From an uncultured Cryomorphaceae bacterium (lineage in GTDB: Bacteria > Bacteroidota > Bacteroidia > Flavobacteriales_D > SKUL01): a DNA stretch of 64,000 nt. The notes under the pieces are model-generated. The model had not been told where the DNA came from. It saw only the letters and a list, made by a program, of their open reading frames with translations, and did not search any database. The DNA is taken from the NCBI GenBank assembly GCA_964487545.1, contig CAZARI010000007.1:19634-83633 (forward strand), given 5' to 3'. Of this stretch, positions 38,087 to 48,467 are shown piece after piece; the first letter of the stretch is position 1, and each line of letters begins with the position of its first letter. Both the position numbers and the translations under genes were made by a program.

Positions 38087-38590
38087 ATGTATAAAGTAAA
38101 GCACAACGACCGCCAGCTTAGAGTAGAACTGGAGTCTGAAGGAAAAGCCCTGGTTGACGGTCGGCCGGTGAGCTACGATTTACACAAAATGGAACCCGGG
38201 CGATGGCATGTTATCTCAAATCATCAATCGTTCAATGTGCAACTGGTTGAACGCAACGACGCCGAAAAAACCATCACACTGTTGATCAACAACCGCCCCT
38301 ACACCGTTGAACTTCGCGATCAGCTCGATGATTTGCTCGAAAAAATGGGAATGTCGGGTGCGGATGCCTTGCAGCTTAACGAATTGAAAGCACCCATGCC
38401 CGGCTTGGTGGTGAAGGTGGTGGCCACCCCCGGCACAGCCGTGCAAAAAGGCGACAACTTGCTTATTCTCGAAGCCATGAAAATGGAAAACGTGATTAAG
38501 GCTCCCGCAGCAGCTAACGTCACCGCGGTGCACATTGAGCAGGGGCAAACGGTTGAAAAAAACCAACTGCTGATGAGTTTTGGACTATAA
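38087..38590 (+). CDS. Biotin carboxyl carrier protein (acyl-CoA carboxylase subunit)
   Basis: APMPG and EAMKM biotinylation motif. Confidence 0.9.
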   Translation: MYKVKHNDRQLRVELESEGKALVDGRPVSYDLHKMEPGRWHVISNHQSFNVQLVERNDAEKTITLLINNRPYTVELRDQLDDLLEKMGMSGADALQLNELKAPMPGLVVKVVATPGTAVQKGDNLLILEAMKMENVIKAPAAANVTAVHIEQGQTVEKNQLLMSFGL

Positions 38591-38655
38591 TCTCAGTTTT
38601 GGAGTGGTAGGTTCCTTCAATCATTTCGATTAATTTAGGCCACATACCCTGCATT

Positions 38656-39426
38656 ATGACACCGGTATCTGCCGTAATTATCACCTACAACGAAGCGAAA
38701 AACATCAAACGATGCCTTGAATCGCTGGTGGAAGTGGTGGATGAAATCATTGTGGTAGATTCATTTTCAGAAGACAACACACCCGAGATCTGTGCCGAAT
38801 TTCCGGTGAAGTTCATCCAACGCGAATGGCAGGGGTATGCCGCAACAAAAAACTGGGCCAACGAACAGGCCACGCACCCCTATTTGCTCTCTGTTGATGC
38901 CGACGAAGCGCTCGACAACCCCTTGAAATCTGCGCTACTTACCGCCCGAAAGCAAGGCCTGAGTGGCGCCTATGCTATCAACCGAAAAACCAATTACTGC
39001 GGCCACTGGGTGCGATTCTGCGGCTGGTATCCAGACCGGAAAATCCGAGTATTCCATCGCAACGAAGCCGTTTGGGAGGGTGACTTTGTGCATGAAACCC
39101 TCTCGCTAAAACATCACGTAAAGGTGAAACAACTTAGCGGACACCTTCACCACTACTCCTATCACAGCCTACAAGATCACCGAAGCCGTACAGAGAAATA
39201 CGCCAAGCTCCACGCCAAAAAAATGAATGTACAGGGTAAACAATCTTCAATTTTAAAGGCTTACCTTTCGGCTGCATGGAAATTTTTTCAGGTGTATTTT
39301 TTAAAACTCGGTCTGTTCGACGGAATGGCAGGGATGCATATCGCCCGCTATTCTGCACGCGCCGTTTTTCTGAAATATCGTTACCTAACCGAACTACAGC
39401 GCCAACCCCATGAGAATAATCATTAG
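38656..39426 (+). CDS. Glycosyltransferase family 2 (LPS core/KdtX-like)
   Basis: SAVIITYNE, VVDSFSED, DADE, HETL, HYSY. Confidence 0.9.
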   Translation: MTPVSAVIITYNEAKNIKRCLESLVEVVDEIIVVDSFSEDNTPEICAEFPVKFIQREWQGYAATKNWANEQATHPYLLSVDADEALDNPLKSALLTARKQGLSGAYAINRKTNYCGHWVRFCGWYPDRKIRVFHRNEAVWEGDFVHETLSLKHHVKVKQLSGHLHHYSYHSLQDHRSRTEKYAKLHAKKMNVQGKQSSILKAYLSAAWKFFQVYFLKLGLFDGMAGMHIARYSARAVFLKYRYLTELQRQPHENNH

Positions 39427-40402
39427 CCGCACCGATGGTATCGGAGATGTGATTCTAACGCTTCCGATGCTGGGGATTATCAAATCGCAAATTCCTAATG
39501 CACACCTCATCTTCCTCAACCGCAGCTACACAACCGCCATCGTGGCACAATGCGAACACGTGGACGAAATTGTGAATTGGGATGACTTTGAAAAGCAATC
39601 GATACGCCACCAGGCCGAGGCGCTAAAAAAACTGGCCGCGGACGTGATTATTCACGTGTTTCCACGTCCTGAAATTGCACGGGCGGCCAAGCTCGCCGCA
39701 ATTCCCATGCGGATCGGCACTACCGGCCGGCTGTTTCATATTCCAACCTGCAATCAATTGGTGCGTTTCACCAGAAAACGATCATCATTGCACGAGGCCC
39801 AACTCAACCTTAAATTACTGCGGCCGCTGAAAATAAAATATCGGTATCCGTTGCGTTCCATTTCTGCCTATTACGGATTAAAAGACCCTGACGCTACGAA
39901 TTCTGATGTTTTTAACCTGCTTCAACCCGACCGAAAAAACATCATACTGCATCCCATGTCGCAAGGAAGCGCTGTGGAGTGGGGAATGAAAAACTACAAT
40001 GAACTGATTAGTCTATTGCCCGACTCTGAATACCGCATATTTCTCACCGGTACGGAAAAGGAAGGCACTGCATTTAGACCGCACCTGTCCATCGACGGAA
40101 AATTGGTTCACGATATTAGCGGAAAGCTCACCCTCAAAGAACTGATGTCGTTTGTTTCGGGTTGCTCTGCTTTGGTGGCATGCAGCACGGGCCCACTACA
40201 CATTGCGGCCGCACTTGGGGTTTGTGCGGTGGGGCTGTACACTTCTAAGCGTCCATTGCATCCGGGAAGATGGGCACCGTTGGGATCCAAAGCAACCTTT
40301 TTGGTGCAACGCCCGCCCAAAACCATTCATCCGTTATTGGCCAAGCCGGCCATCGACCGAATTGCGCCAAAGCTCGTCAAAGCGAAACTTAGCACCTGCT
40401 GA
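39410..40402 (+). CDS. Glycosyltransferase family 9 (heptosyltransferase-like)
   Basis: RTDGIGDVILTLP, STGPLHIAAALG. Confidence 0.9.
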   Translation: MRIIISRTDGIGDVILTLPMLGIIKSQIPNAHLIFLNRSYTTAIVAQCEHVDEIVNWDDFEKQSIRHQAEALKKLAADVIIHVFPRPEIARAAKLAAIPMRIGTTGRLFHIPTCNQLVRFTRKRSSLHEAQLNLKLLRPLKIKYRYPLRSISAYYGLKDPDATNSDVFNLLQPDRKNIILHPMSQGSAVEWGMKNYNELISLLPDSEYRIFLTGTEKEGTAFRPHLSIDGKLVHDISGKLTLKELMSFVSGCSALVACSTGPLHIAAALGVCAVGLYTSKRPLHPGRWAPLGSKATFLVQRPPKTIHPLLAKPAIDRIAPKLVKAKLSTC

Positions 40403-41956
40403 ATCACGCAGGGGAATACACAGCAACAGTGCGTAGAGCAAGGCATAGAATGTTGCCCCAGTCTGGGTTTCAAGCGTGTCCTCGGTTAAAAAGCTAAAAG
40501 CTGCGATCACCGTAAAAGCCATGGCCATCCAGTTTTGCCTGCGCATCGACCATGAAATAGCATAATGGTTCAGGTACAAGAAATAGAGCATTCCCAGCAC
40601 CCCAAACGAAATCCAAAAGGTGAGGTATTGATTGTGCGCCCGGCGACGCAGGTCGTCGGGCAATGACGATGCCGCCAAATCATATTGTTGCAACAGGGCG
40701 TCGTTCACATCACCCGTTCCCACTCCCAAAATCCAATTTTCTCGCGCTAAATTCCAGCCGTTTGAAAAGTAAACCATCCGCTGGGTTACCGATCCACCCG
40801 CAACGGCTTTATTGTTGACAAAAGCATGGACTTCGAAATAGGTTCCCTGCAGGCGGTGCAGCAGTGGGTTTTTTATCGGAACGGCCGTGGTATACCCTTG
40901 TTCCATTCTTTGGAAATCATCAGACGAAAGTTGGGCAAACCCCAGCGAGTCTTTCCGCAATCCCAAAGAAGACATGTATCGGATGATGGTGTGCCGCATG
41001 AGTTGTCCGCGTTGATCTTCTCCCCAAAAATCCATATCACTGTTGCGGTTCCACGCTCTATTCAACTCCTCGGTAGCTACATAGCGATAGATAAAGAATC
41101 CGTTTTCCAGCTCATGGTTCTCTTCGTGATGCTCGTATTCCGATCCGCCAGCGCTGTGGGTTTCGAAGGGCGCGAAGTTGTCGGGAACGGCCTGTGGGGT
41201 CGTATATTTGAAATAACCACTTATCACCAATGCGACCATAAGGACCACCGCGAAAACCGGTGCGGCCATCCAGAAATACTTTTTGGGCGTTGGCAGGTGA
41301 GTTGCTGCATAAAAGATTCCCATCACCACCGCTGTCCCTATCATTACAGCAATACCCGTCAATGATTGCAAAAAGATCAGAAAACCAATCACCCAAATAG
41401 CGATTGCAATGAACCACCACCACCCCATTCGATCGCTCCGCCAGGCATAAAAAGAGAAGAACAGCGCAATGACCAGCAACAGCGAAAACCGGATCGGAGA
41501 GGAGAAAAACACGATTTCCCGAATGTTGTCGACATCTTTGTTGTGCGCCAGAAAATAATGTCCGATGCTCAGCAAGGTGCCGAAAATCACCACGGCAACA
41601 AACAGCCAAAGCAATCGAATAATTAGTGCACTGGGCAAGGGTTTTGCCGAGCCCAATACCACCGGAAAAAGCAATAATGGCAGCTTGATGCGGATATCGT
41701 TCAGTGCATAATCAAAGTTGGTGGTGTTCCACAGCCCGATGAGATGAAGGGCAAACAGGATGATGATCAGTATCGCTGGACGATTGCCCCGAAGCCTTTT
41801 CCATTTCTCGCTGAAACCACCTTCCAACAGCCAGTTCAGCGCAAGTAGCATCCCACCGATGCTCAGTAAAAAACGGGACACTCCCAGCCCAATGATTGCC
41901 AACGACAACCCAAACAGAAAAACATAATAATGTGCACTCTGCTTGTTAATGGTCAT
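40334..41956 (-). CDS. O-antigen ligase (WaaL/Wzy_C) family protein
   Basis: Multiple TM helices, GVGTGD and RAHNQYL motifs; converges on the GT2-GT9 pair. Confidence 0.85.
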   Translation of the reverse strand: MTINKQSAHYYVFLFGLSLAIIGLGVSRFLLSIGGMLLALNWLLEGGFSEKWKRLRGNRPAILIIILFALHLIGLWNTTNFDYALNDIRIKLPLLLFPVVLGSAKPLPSALIIRLLWLFVAVVIFGTLLSIGHYFLAHNKDVDNIREIVFFSSPIRFSLLLVIALFFSFYAWRSDRMGWWWFIAIAIWVIGFLIFLQSLTGIAVMIGTAVVMGIFYAATHLPTPKKYFWMAAPVFAVVLMVALVISGYFKYTTPQAVPDNFAPFETHSAGGSEYEHHEENHELENGFFIYRYVATEELNRAWNRNSDMDFWGEDQRGQLMRHTIIRYMSSLGLRKDSLGFAQLSSDDFQRMEQGYTTAVPIKNPLLHRLQGTYFEVHAFVNNKAVAGGSVTQRMVYFSNGWNLARENWILGVGTGDVNDALLQQYDLAASSLPDDLRRRAHNQYLTFWISFGVLGMLYFLYLNHYAISWSMRRQNWMAMAFTVIAAFSFLTEDTLETQTGATFYALLYALLLCIPLRDSAGAKFRFDELWRNSVDGRLGQ

Positions 41957-41980
41957 GAAAGGGAGCTTCACGAAAGCCAG

Positions 41981-43657
41981 TTACTTTCCGGTATAGTTTA
42001 CGCTTAGAATATTGCTGTAACTACCATTGGAAAACACTTCACGAGCCATGTCGATCGATTTGTCGCGGGCCAATGCCGCCTTAATCCGCCCTTGTTGAAA
42101 GTAATACCTCGAAACAATTTCGTTTTCCAACACCAGTTGAATATCGCTGCGAAATTTATAGAGATCGTTGCGGCCGTAGGGCAGTATCTTAGCACGCAGT
42201 GCTTCAAACTCCGCTATGGCTTCATCGTAATATTCCTCCTCCTTTGCTGTGGCGAGCAATTTTTCGTAGGTCTTTTCGGTGTTGGTCGTATAATTTACGT
42301 CAAACGACAACACAAACTCAGCAAATTCATCGTAGTCAGCATTTGACATGGCAAATTCATCGGCTGATGCAATGGACTCATGATCGATAAAATACTGGTT
42401 GGCATATTTAAAGAAGATCTGTCTTTCGAGCAATGCCAGTAGAATTTTGTGCAATTTGTCATCATCTACCAGTACATCCGGTTCGATTCCCCGTCCGTCA
42501 ATTACCTCGCGCCCCTTTTCGGTGTAGAACTTGTGCAACAACGAATCGGGAATTTCATCAACGCCACCTTCAATATCCTTGTGGGTATAATCTATTCGCT
42601 GAATACACCTTCCACTTGGAATGTAGTATTTGGCAACGGTGAGTTTCAGTTTGGAGTTATAAAACAAATCACGCGTTTGTTGCACGAGCCCTTTCCCAAA
42701 GGTGTTTCTTCCGATGATCACTGCCCGGTCGTAGTCCTGCAATGCTCCTGATACAATTTCTGATGCCGATGCCGAAGCTTCGTCCACCAGTATCACCAGC
42801 GGCATAAGGGTATCCACCGGCTCGTTGAGTGCCATATATTCTTTATCCCAATCTTTAATTTTTCCTTTGGTGCTCACCACTTCAGAGCCCTTGGGGACGA
42901 ACATATTCACAATATTCACCGCTTCGCGCAGCAATCCTCCGCCATTGCCACGAAGATCAAGAATAAGGCTGGACATTCCCTGTTTATCTCTCAGGTCGAG
43001 GAATGCCTCTTTAACGCTTCTGCCGGCGGTATGGGTAAAGCTGTTAAGCTTCATGTATCCGATTTCGTCGGTGAGCTTTCCGTAATAGGGCACGTCGGGA
43101 ATTTTAATTTCTTCGCGCAGCACGCCAATGGTTGTGGGACTTTCTTCTCCGAGTTTCTGCACCTTAATTTCGACGGTACTTCCTGCACGGCCTTTAAGCA
43201 GTTTGCTTACTTCCTCTTGATCTTTATTAGTGATGTCAATCCCGTCGATAGCGAGAATCCGATCGCCGGCTGTTAGTCCCGATTTTTGCGCTGGAAAACC
43301 CTCGTATGGTTCAGAAATATACACTGCTCCGTCCATGGTGCGAATGAGCGAACCGATTCCGCCATACTGTCCGGTAGTCATAAACCGGTAGTCTTCCATG
43401 TCGGCCTCCGCAATAAAATTGGTGTATGGATCGAGTGATTCGAGCATGGCATCAATTCCGGTTTTCATCAACTCTCCCGGATTGGTTTCATCGACGTAGT
43501 AGATATTGAGCTCGCGGTATAGTGTGGTAAAAATTTCGAGATTTTTAGAAATCTCAAAATAGTTGTCGTTAATTTTTTTGGAAACCAAACCGGCTCCGCC
43601 GATAATCAGCGCCACCAGGGCAAATATCGATACGAACTTAATTTGTTTGTTCTTCAT
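41981..43657 (-). CDS. ctpA: S41A C-terminal processing peptidase
   Basis: LDPYT, PDZ (GGIG), DLRGNGGG, SASASEI, FGKGLVQ, AKYYIPSGRCIQ. Confidence 0.92.
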   Translation of the reverse strand: MKNKQIKFVSIFALVALIIGGAGLVSKKINDNYFEISKNLEIFTTLYRELNIYYVDETNPGELMKTGIDAMLESLDPYTNFIAEADMEDYRFMTTGQYGGIGSLIRTMDGAVYISEPYEGFPAQKSGLTAGDRILAIDGIDITNKDQEEVSKLLKGRAGSTVEIKVQKLGEESPTTIGVLREEIKIPDVPYYGKLTDEIGYMKLNSFTHTAGRSVKEAFLDLRDKQGMSSLILDLRGNGGGLLREAVNIVNMFVPKGSEVVSTKGKIKDWDKEYMALNEPVDTLMPLVILVDEASASASEIVSGALQDYDRAVIIGRNTFGKGLVQQTRDLFYNSKLKLTVAKYYIPSGRCIQRIDYTHKDIEGGVDEIPDSLLHKFYTEKGREVIDGRGIEPDVLVDDDKLHKILLALLERQIFFKYANQYFIDHESIASADEFAMSNADYDEFAEFVLSFDVNYTTNTEKTYEKLLATAKEEEYYDEAIAEFEALRAKILPYGRNDLYKFRSDIQLVLENEIVSRYYFQQGRIKAALARDKSIDMAREVFSNGSYSNILSVNYTGK

Positions 43658-44063
43658 GGTCTTTTTCAGCTTGATCAGATTGTCCGACATCTTTGGATAA
43701 ACGCGTAAGCAGTCGGGTTATTTTCTGGTGAATCAAAATGGACTCCAAGGTGTCCTCACTTCCTACAAAAATAATCAACATTGCATACTGTTGCTTCACT
43801 TCCTGGAGTGAGTCTTTGAGAATGTGTTTGTTTTTGCGGTAGGCTTCGCGCACTTGCCTCCGGATGCGATTGCGATTGACTGCCTTGCGCACCCGCTTTT
43901 TTGGAATGCTGATGGCCACCCGTCCAGGAACCGTTTCGGCAAAGGATGCAGGCAGGTACAGTAAGATAAATGGATAAGCCTTAACTGCTTTTCCGTTTTT
44001 AAAAAGCGTGGCCAGTTGTTTTTTACCCCCCAACCGCTCGGCCTTATTAAATTTCTCATCCAT
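43638..44063 (-). CDS. rnpA: Ribonuclease P protein component
   Basis: F.KAERL, AISIPKK, KAVNRNRIRRQVRE (RNR motif). Confidence 0.93.
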   Translation of the reverse strand: MDEKFNKAERLGGKKQLATLFKNGKAVKAYPFILLYLPASFAETVPGRVAISIPKKRVRKAVNRNRIRRQVREAYRKNKHILKDSLQEVKQQYAMLIIFVGSEDTLESILIHQKITRLLTRLSKDVGQSDQAEKDHEEQTN

Positions 44064-44130
44064 TGGCTTAAATTAACGATTGCACGCCAATTTGCGGATT
44101 TTTAACAGAAAGGGGGTTTCGGCACCGAAC

Positions 44131-44871
44131 TTACTTATCCTTTTTGACATACTGCTCTATGGCCATAGTCATAGAAGGCGCAGCGGGCGTTGGCGCGTGT
44201 AGGTCGAGTCGCAGACCGGCGTCGGTTACTGCCTGCGCGGTGGTCGGTCCAAAAGCCGCAATACGGGTATTGTTTTGCTTGAAATCGGGAAAATTCTCCA
44301 GCAGCGATTTTATTCCGCTGGGACTGAAGAACACGAGCATATCGTAGTTCACGTCTTTCAGATCAGAAAGATCGCTGGCCACGGTGCGGTAAAACACGCC
44401 TTTGCTGAAACGGATGTTTGCCGCATCAAGCATATCCACCATTTCCTGTTTGTGGATATCCGAAACGGGTAATAAGAATTTCTCGTTTTTATGCTTGCGA
44501 ATGATCTCCATCAGATCGGCAAACTTGAGCTGACCGAAGAAAATCTTGCGCTTGCGGTAGGTGACATAATTCTGCATGTAGTATGCAGTTGACTCCGAAA
44601 TACAGAAATATTTCATTGAGTCGGGTACCGTGATACGCATCTCCTCGCACATTCTAAAGAAATTATCGACGGCATTGCGGCTGGTTAGAATCACCGCGGA
44701 ATGCTCTAAGATGCTGATTCTTTCTTTTCTAAACTCTTTGGCAGAGACTGGCTCAACATGGATAAATGGTCTGAAATCAATCTTGAGCTTGTGTTTCTGA
44801 GCCAGATCAAAATAAGGCGATTTATCGGTGGCGGGTTTGGGCTGAGATACCAGAATTGTCTTAATCTTCAA
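44131..44871 (-). CDS. hemD: Uroporphyrinogen-III synthase-like protein (conserved stand-alone Bacteroidota type)
   Basis: ILVSQP, LTSRNAVD, VFFSPSGI, AAFGPTTA; TTG start. Confidence 0.85.
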   Translation of the reverse strand: MKIKTILVSQPKPATDKSPYFDLAQKHKLKIDFRPFIHVEPVSAKEFRKERISILEHSAVILTSRNAVDNFFRMCEEMRITVPDSMKYFCISESTAYYMQNYVTYRKRKIFFGQLKFADLMEIIRKHKNEKFLLPVSDIHKQEMVDMLDAANIRFSKGVFYRTVASDLSDLKDVNYDMLVFFSPSGIKSLLENFPDFKQNNTRIAAFGPTTAQAVTDAGLRLDLHAPTPAAPSMTMAIEQYVKKDK

Positions 44872-44906
44872 CGCGCTATAGTTTTAATTCGTTAGTAATT
44901 AAGCCA

Positions 44907-45608
44907 TTAAAACTTAACTCCTGCGATTCCTTTGGCAAGTACAGCTAAGGGCAAAATTTCAAGTGTGCAAAGGTACAAAATAATGTATACCAGCAGCACA
45001 CCCTGATTTAATGCAAACACAACCCCCTGAATAATGCGCACCAACCAAGCTAAGGCAAAACACGCGAATGCCACTACGAGCACCACACCGGCGCTTTCTT
45101 TGAGCACCACCGAAGCGATCAGCACCACCGGAAGCCACAGCAGTCCGAGAAATGAGTTGACCACAAAAGTGTAATTCAGGTATTCAGACAGCCCACCATT
45201 GCCTCCGAACAAAAGCTGAACAATCCGAATAGAAAGCAGTTTCCAGATATACACCAACATCACCACCCCGGAGGAAATAAGAAAGAAATTAAACCCACTC
45301 AAACCGCCCATGGGCCAGTGGTAGTTTTTGGCAGTCAAAAAAATGAGCAATCCCGAAGAAAGACAGAAAACAACGAATAGGGTGATGGCCACCCGGTGCG
45401 ACAGGACCATGTCTTCGCGCATCAACTGTAGCAGCATTCTAGAACGCACCACCGCTTCTGCTCTTCGGTGCAGCATCCGCGGATAGGAATATCGCATAAA
45501 GGCCAATGCTGCCAGTATACCAATCAACACCAGAAACACCCAATCTTCCTGTAGGTATGGTGATATGCGCGTAATCGGTTTCAAGTAATCGGTAGTTGAA
45601 TTGCCCAA
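44907..45608 (-). CDS. DUF4271 membrane protein
   Basis: Multi-TM, with C-terminal YIILYLCTLEILP; usual neighbour of hemD-rnpA. Confidence 0.82.
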   Translation of the reverse strand: MGNSTTDYLKPITRISPYLQEDWVFLVLIGILAALAFMRYSYPRMLHRRAEAVVRSRMLLQLMREDMVLSHRVAITLFVVFCLSSGLLIFLTAKNYHWPMGGLSGFNFFLISSGVVMLVYIWKLLSIRIVQLLFGGNGGLSEYLNYTFVVNSFLGLLWLPVVLIASVVLKESAGVVLVVAFACFALAWLVRIIQGVVFALNQGVLLVYIILYLCTLEILPLAVLAKGIAGVKF

Positions 45609-45682
45609 AGATCATCATTTTTCACTGCAAATACCGATTAAAATCGCGGCAAACGGGGCGGCTGCTTTGCGGGCAAATTATC

Positions 45683-45690
45683 TACCTTTG
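45683..45690 (+). promoter_or_regulatory. Promoter -7 box (TACCTTTG)
   Basis: Exact TAnnTTTG match 20 nt upstream of ATG 45711. Confidence 0.55.
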
Positions 45691-45710
45691 CCCCATAAAT
45701 TTTTTAGATT

Positions 45711-46883
45711 ATGGACAATTATCAGGCACACGATTATTACCTCATAGATGAATTGCTCACCGAAGAGCACAAATTGGTACGAGATGCGGCACGCGCATGG
45801 GTAAAGCGTGAGGTTTCACCCATTATTGAAGCGTATTACGAAAAAGGTGAATTTCCCCGTCAACTGATTCCCGGACTGGCCGAAATCGGTGCTTTTGGTC
45901 CATATATTCCTGAAGAATACGGCGGTGCCGGACTGGATCAGATCTCCTACGGTTTGATTATGCAGGAGCTGGAAAGATGCGACTCCGGATTGCGCTCAAC
46001 TGCTTCTGTACAAAGCTCATTGGTGATGTACCCGATTTGGCGATACGGAACCGAAGAACAGAAAAAGAAATACCTGCCCGGGTTGGCTTCGGGAAAATTG
46101 ATTGGATGCTTCGGACTAACCGAGCCAGACTTTGGTTCGAATCCCGGTGGAATGCTGGCCAATTTTAGAGACGCCGGCGACCACTACTTGCTGAACGGAA
46201 CAAAAATGTGGATTTCCAACGCGCCGTTTGCAGATGTTGCCGTGGTGTGGGCCAAGGATGAATCGGGAAGAATTCACGGACTCGTAGTAGAGCGCGGAAT
46301 GGAAGGATTCTCTACGCCCGAAATCAAAGGTAAATGGAGCCTTCGCGCTTCCGATACCGGCGAACTCGTATTCGATAACGTAAAAGTTCCAAAGGAAAAC
46401 CTGCTTCCCGGTCGTTCGGGACTGGGTGCTCCGCTTTCGTGCCTCGACTCGGCCCGCTACGGCATTGCCTGGGGAGCCATCGGAGCGGCACTCGACTGCT
46501 ACGACGCTGCGCTGCGTTATTCAAAAGAGCGCATTCAGTTTGGCAAACCGCTCGCGGCTTTTCAGCTTCAGCAGAAAAAACTGGCAGAGATGATCACCGA
46601 AATCACAAAAGCCCAATTGCTTACTTTTCGCCTGGGGCAATTGCGCGATGAGGGACGCGCCACTTCGGGGCAAATATCTATGGCCAAGCGAAACAACGTG
46701 GACATGGCGCTTCAAATCGCACGCGAAGCACGACAAATTCACGGGGGAATGGGCATTACCAATGAATATCCGATGATGCGTCACATGATGAACCTAGAGA
46801 GTGTAATCACCTACGAAGGAACCCACGATATTCACCTGCTGATTACCGGTATGGATATCACCGGCGAGTCTGCTTTCGGTTGA
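45711..46883 (+). CDS. gcdH: Acyl-CoA dehydrogenase, glutaryl-CoA dehydrogenase-like
   Basis: ELERCDSG.RS..SVQSSL, CFGLTEPDFGSNPGGM, KWSLRASDTG, TYEGTHDIH. Confidence 0.85.
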   Translation: MDNYQAHDYYLIDELLTEEHKLVRDAARAWVKREVSPIIEAYYEKGEFPRQLIPGLAEIGAFGPYIPEEYGGAGLDQISYGLIMQELERCDSGLRSTASVQSSLVMYPIWRYGTEEQKKKYLPGLASGKLIGCFGLTEPDFGSNPGGMLANFRDAGDHYLLNGTKMWISNAPFADVAVVWAKDESGRIHGLVVERGMEGFSTPEIKGKWSLRASDTGELVFDNVKVPKENLLPGRSGLGAPLSCLDSARYGIAWGAIGAALDCYDAALRYSKERIQFGKPLAAFQLQQKKLAEMITEITKAQLLTFRLGQLRDEGRATSGQISMAKRNNVDMALQIAREARQIHGGMGITNEYPMMRHMMNLESVITYEGTHDIHLLITGMDITGESAFG

Positions 46884-46888
46884 TTTAC

Positions 46889-48454
46889 TTAGACTAAAAC
46901 ACCGAGAATAGTATCCGCCAGTGCCTGTTCACTGCTTTCCCATGCCATGACACTATCAATACCATATTCTTGAAGGGTTGATTCAGTAGAAGGACCAATG
47001 CTTACCACACGGGTTTGTTGGGTTATGGAATTCTTTTCTATCCACGCATGAACATTGCTCGGTGAGGTAAAGGCAATGACATCCACTGATTGTTCAAACT
47101 CAACCGGACGCAGTTGGGTTTCATATACATCACACACTTCAACATTAGATGCTGCCAAAGCATTCTGAATACTGCGGAGGCTGTTTTTTGCACTGACCAC
47201 AATGGCACTTCCTGAGCCAAGTTCTACGCGAAACACGGCGCCTACTTCAGTGGGTGAGCCGAGTCCGATAAAGTCGGGGGCGATTTGACGCTGTTGCAGC
47301 GCCCGCATGGTTCCTTTGCCTACGGCTGCATAACGCGTGGTTGATGGCAGCAGATCGAAATGCGCAAAATGCTGCACCGCGCTGGGCGAGGTAAAGAATA
47401 CCCAGTCGGGATCTTTGAGTTGAGGTGCCGTTGCATTCAGCGGAACCACCTCGATAAATGACTGCTGGATCAAATCAACGCCGGCATCTTTGAGCATATT
47501 AAAGGCCAGTCCCTCGGGGTCCATTTTCCGAGTGATGAGTACGCGTTTATTTAATTTCTCGCGCAGCAGGTGCAAAACCCGTTCATCCGAAAAATCGGTA
47601 GATGGAACGTTTAGATAAACGCGTCGCGGGGTGAGGCCTTCTTTCTGTGCATAAAACGCCCAAAAATGCAAATCATGTCCTTCATTTTCGTGCACAGCAT
47701 AAGCACCAAAAGGAATCTGACAACCGCCATTGATCCTACGCAGCACCCTGCGCTCGGTATGAATGGCCGCTTCGGTTTCGCGGTCAGAAACTTGCTTCAG
47801 CAACTCGCGCAGCTTCACGTCGCTTTCTCTCACCTGCAAGGCCAGCGCACCTTGTGAAGGCGCCGGAATAAAATCTCTTGGGTCGAGCTCATTAACGATA
47901 AACTCTTTGAGTTGGAGATTGAGCCGTTCAACTCCGGCCTGTGCAACCAAAATGGCGTCGTAATTCCCGTCGCGTAGTTTTTGAATGCGCGTAGGAACAT
48001 TTCCACGCAAATCTTTAATCTCAAAATCGGGTCGAACGGTGTGGAGCTGGGCTTTGCGACGCGCGGCAGATGTTCCGACCACCGCATTTTTTTTGAGCCC
48101 GAGCGGCAGCATCGGGTCGTGCGCCTGCGGGTGCATGAGCAGTAACTCTGACGGGGCAGCTCTTTCTGAAACAGCAGCAATGACTAAACCTTCGGGCGAG
48201 CGGGTTTCGAGGTCTTTGTGGGAGTGAATAGCCAAATCGATATCGCCGGCCAGCAGTGCGGTTTCAATTTCTTTGGTGAAAAAGCCCTTGCCTTCCATTT
48301 TATCGAAACCCAGGTGTTGAATTTCGTCGCCTCGGGTTTTGATGATATTTATTTGGCTCTCAACGCCTTGGCTTTTGAGCAATTGCCGGGTATAATTGGC
48401 TTGCCACAGCGCGAGGTCGCTGCCTCTGCTGCCAATGATAACGGGTTGTTTCAT
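46889..48454 (-). CDS. hemC: Hydroxymethylbilane synthase fused to a uroporphyrinogen-III synthase domain (HemC-HemD)
   Basis: N-terminal about 300 aa: IGSRGSDLALWQ, KGFFTKE, HSHKD, LRGNVPTR, GGCQIP. C-terminal: VLITR, FFTSPSAV, AVGKGT, FTSPSNV, SIGPST. Confidence 0.92.
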   Translation of the reverse strand: MKQPVIIGSRGSDLALWQANYTRQLLKSQGVESQINIIKTRGDEIQHLGFDKMEGKGFFTKEIETALLAGDIDLAIHSHKDLETRSPEGLVIAAVSERAAPSELLLMHPQAHDPMLPLGLKKNAVVGTSAARRKAQLHTVRPDFEIKDLRGNVPTRIQKLRDGNYDAILVAQAGVERLNLQLKEFIVNELDPRDFIPAPSQGALALQVRESDVKLRELLKQVSDRETEAAIHTERRVLRRINGGCQIPFGAYAVHENEGHDLHFWAFYAQKEGLTPRRVYLNVPSTDFSDERVLHLLREKLNKRVLITRKMDPEGLAFNMLKDAGVDLIQQSFIEVVPLNATAPQLKDPDWVFFTSPSAVQHFAHFDLLPSTTRYAAVGKGTMRALQQRQIAPDFIGLGSPTEVGAVFRVELGSGSAIVVSAKNSLRSIQNALAASNVEVCDVYETQLRPVEFEQSVDVIAFTSPSNVHAWIEKNSITQQTRVVSIGPSTESTLQEYGIDSVMAWESSEQALADTILGVLV

Positions 48455-48467
48455 GAATTAAAGCGGG

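Noticed and set aside
46134-46145. tRNA T-loop-like GGTTCGAATCCC
   Set aside because: It lies inside the acyl-CoA dehydrogenase frame (FGSNPG), with no cloverleaf around it.
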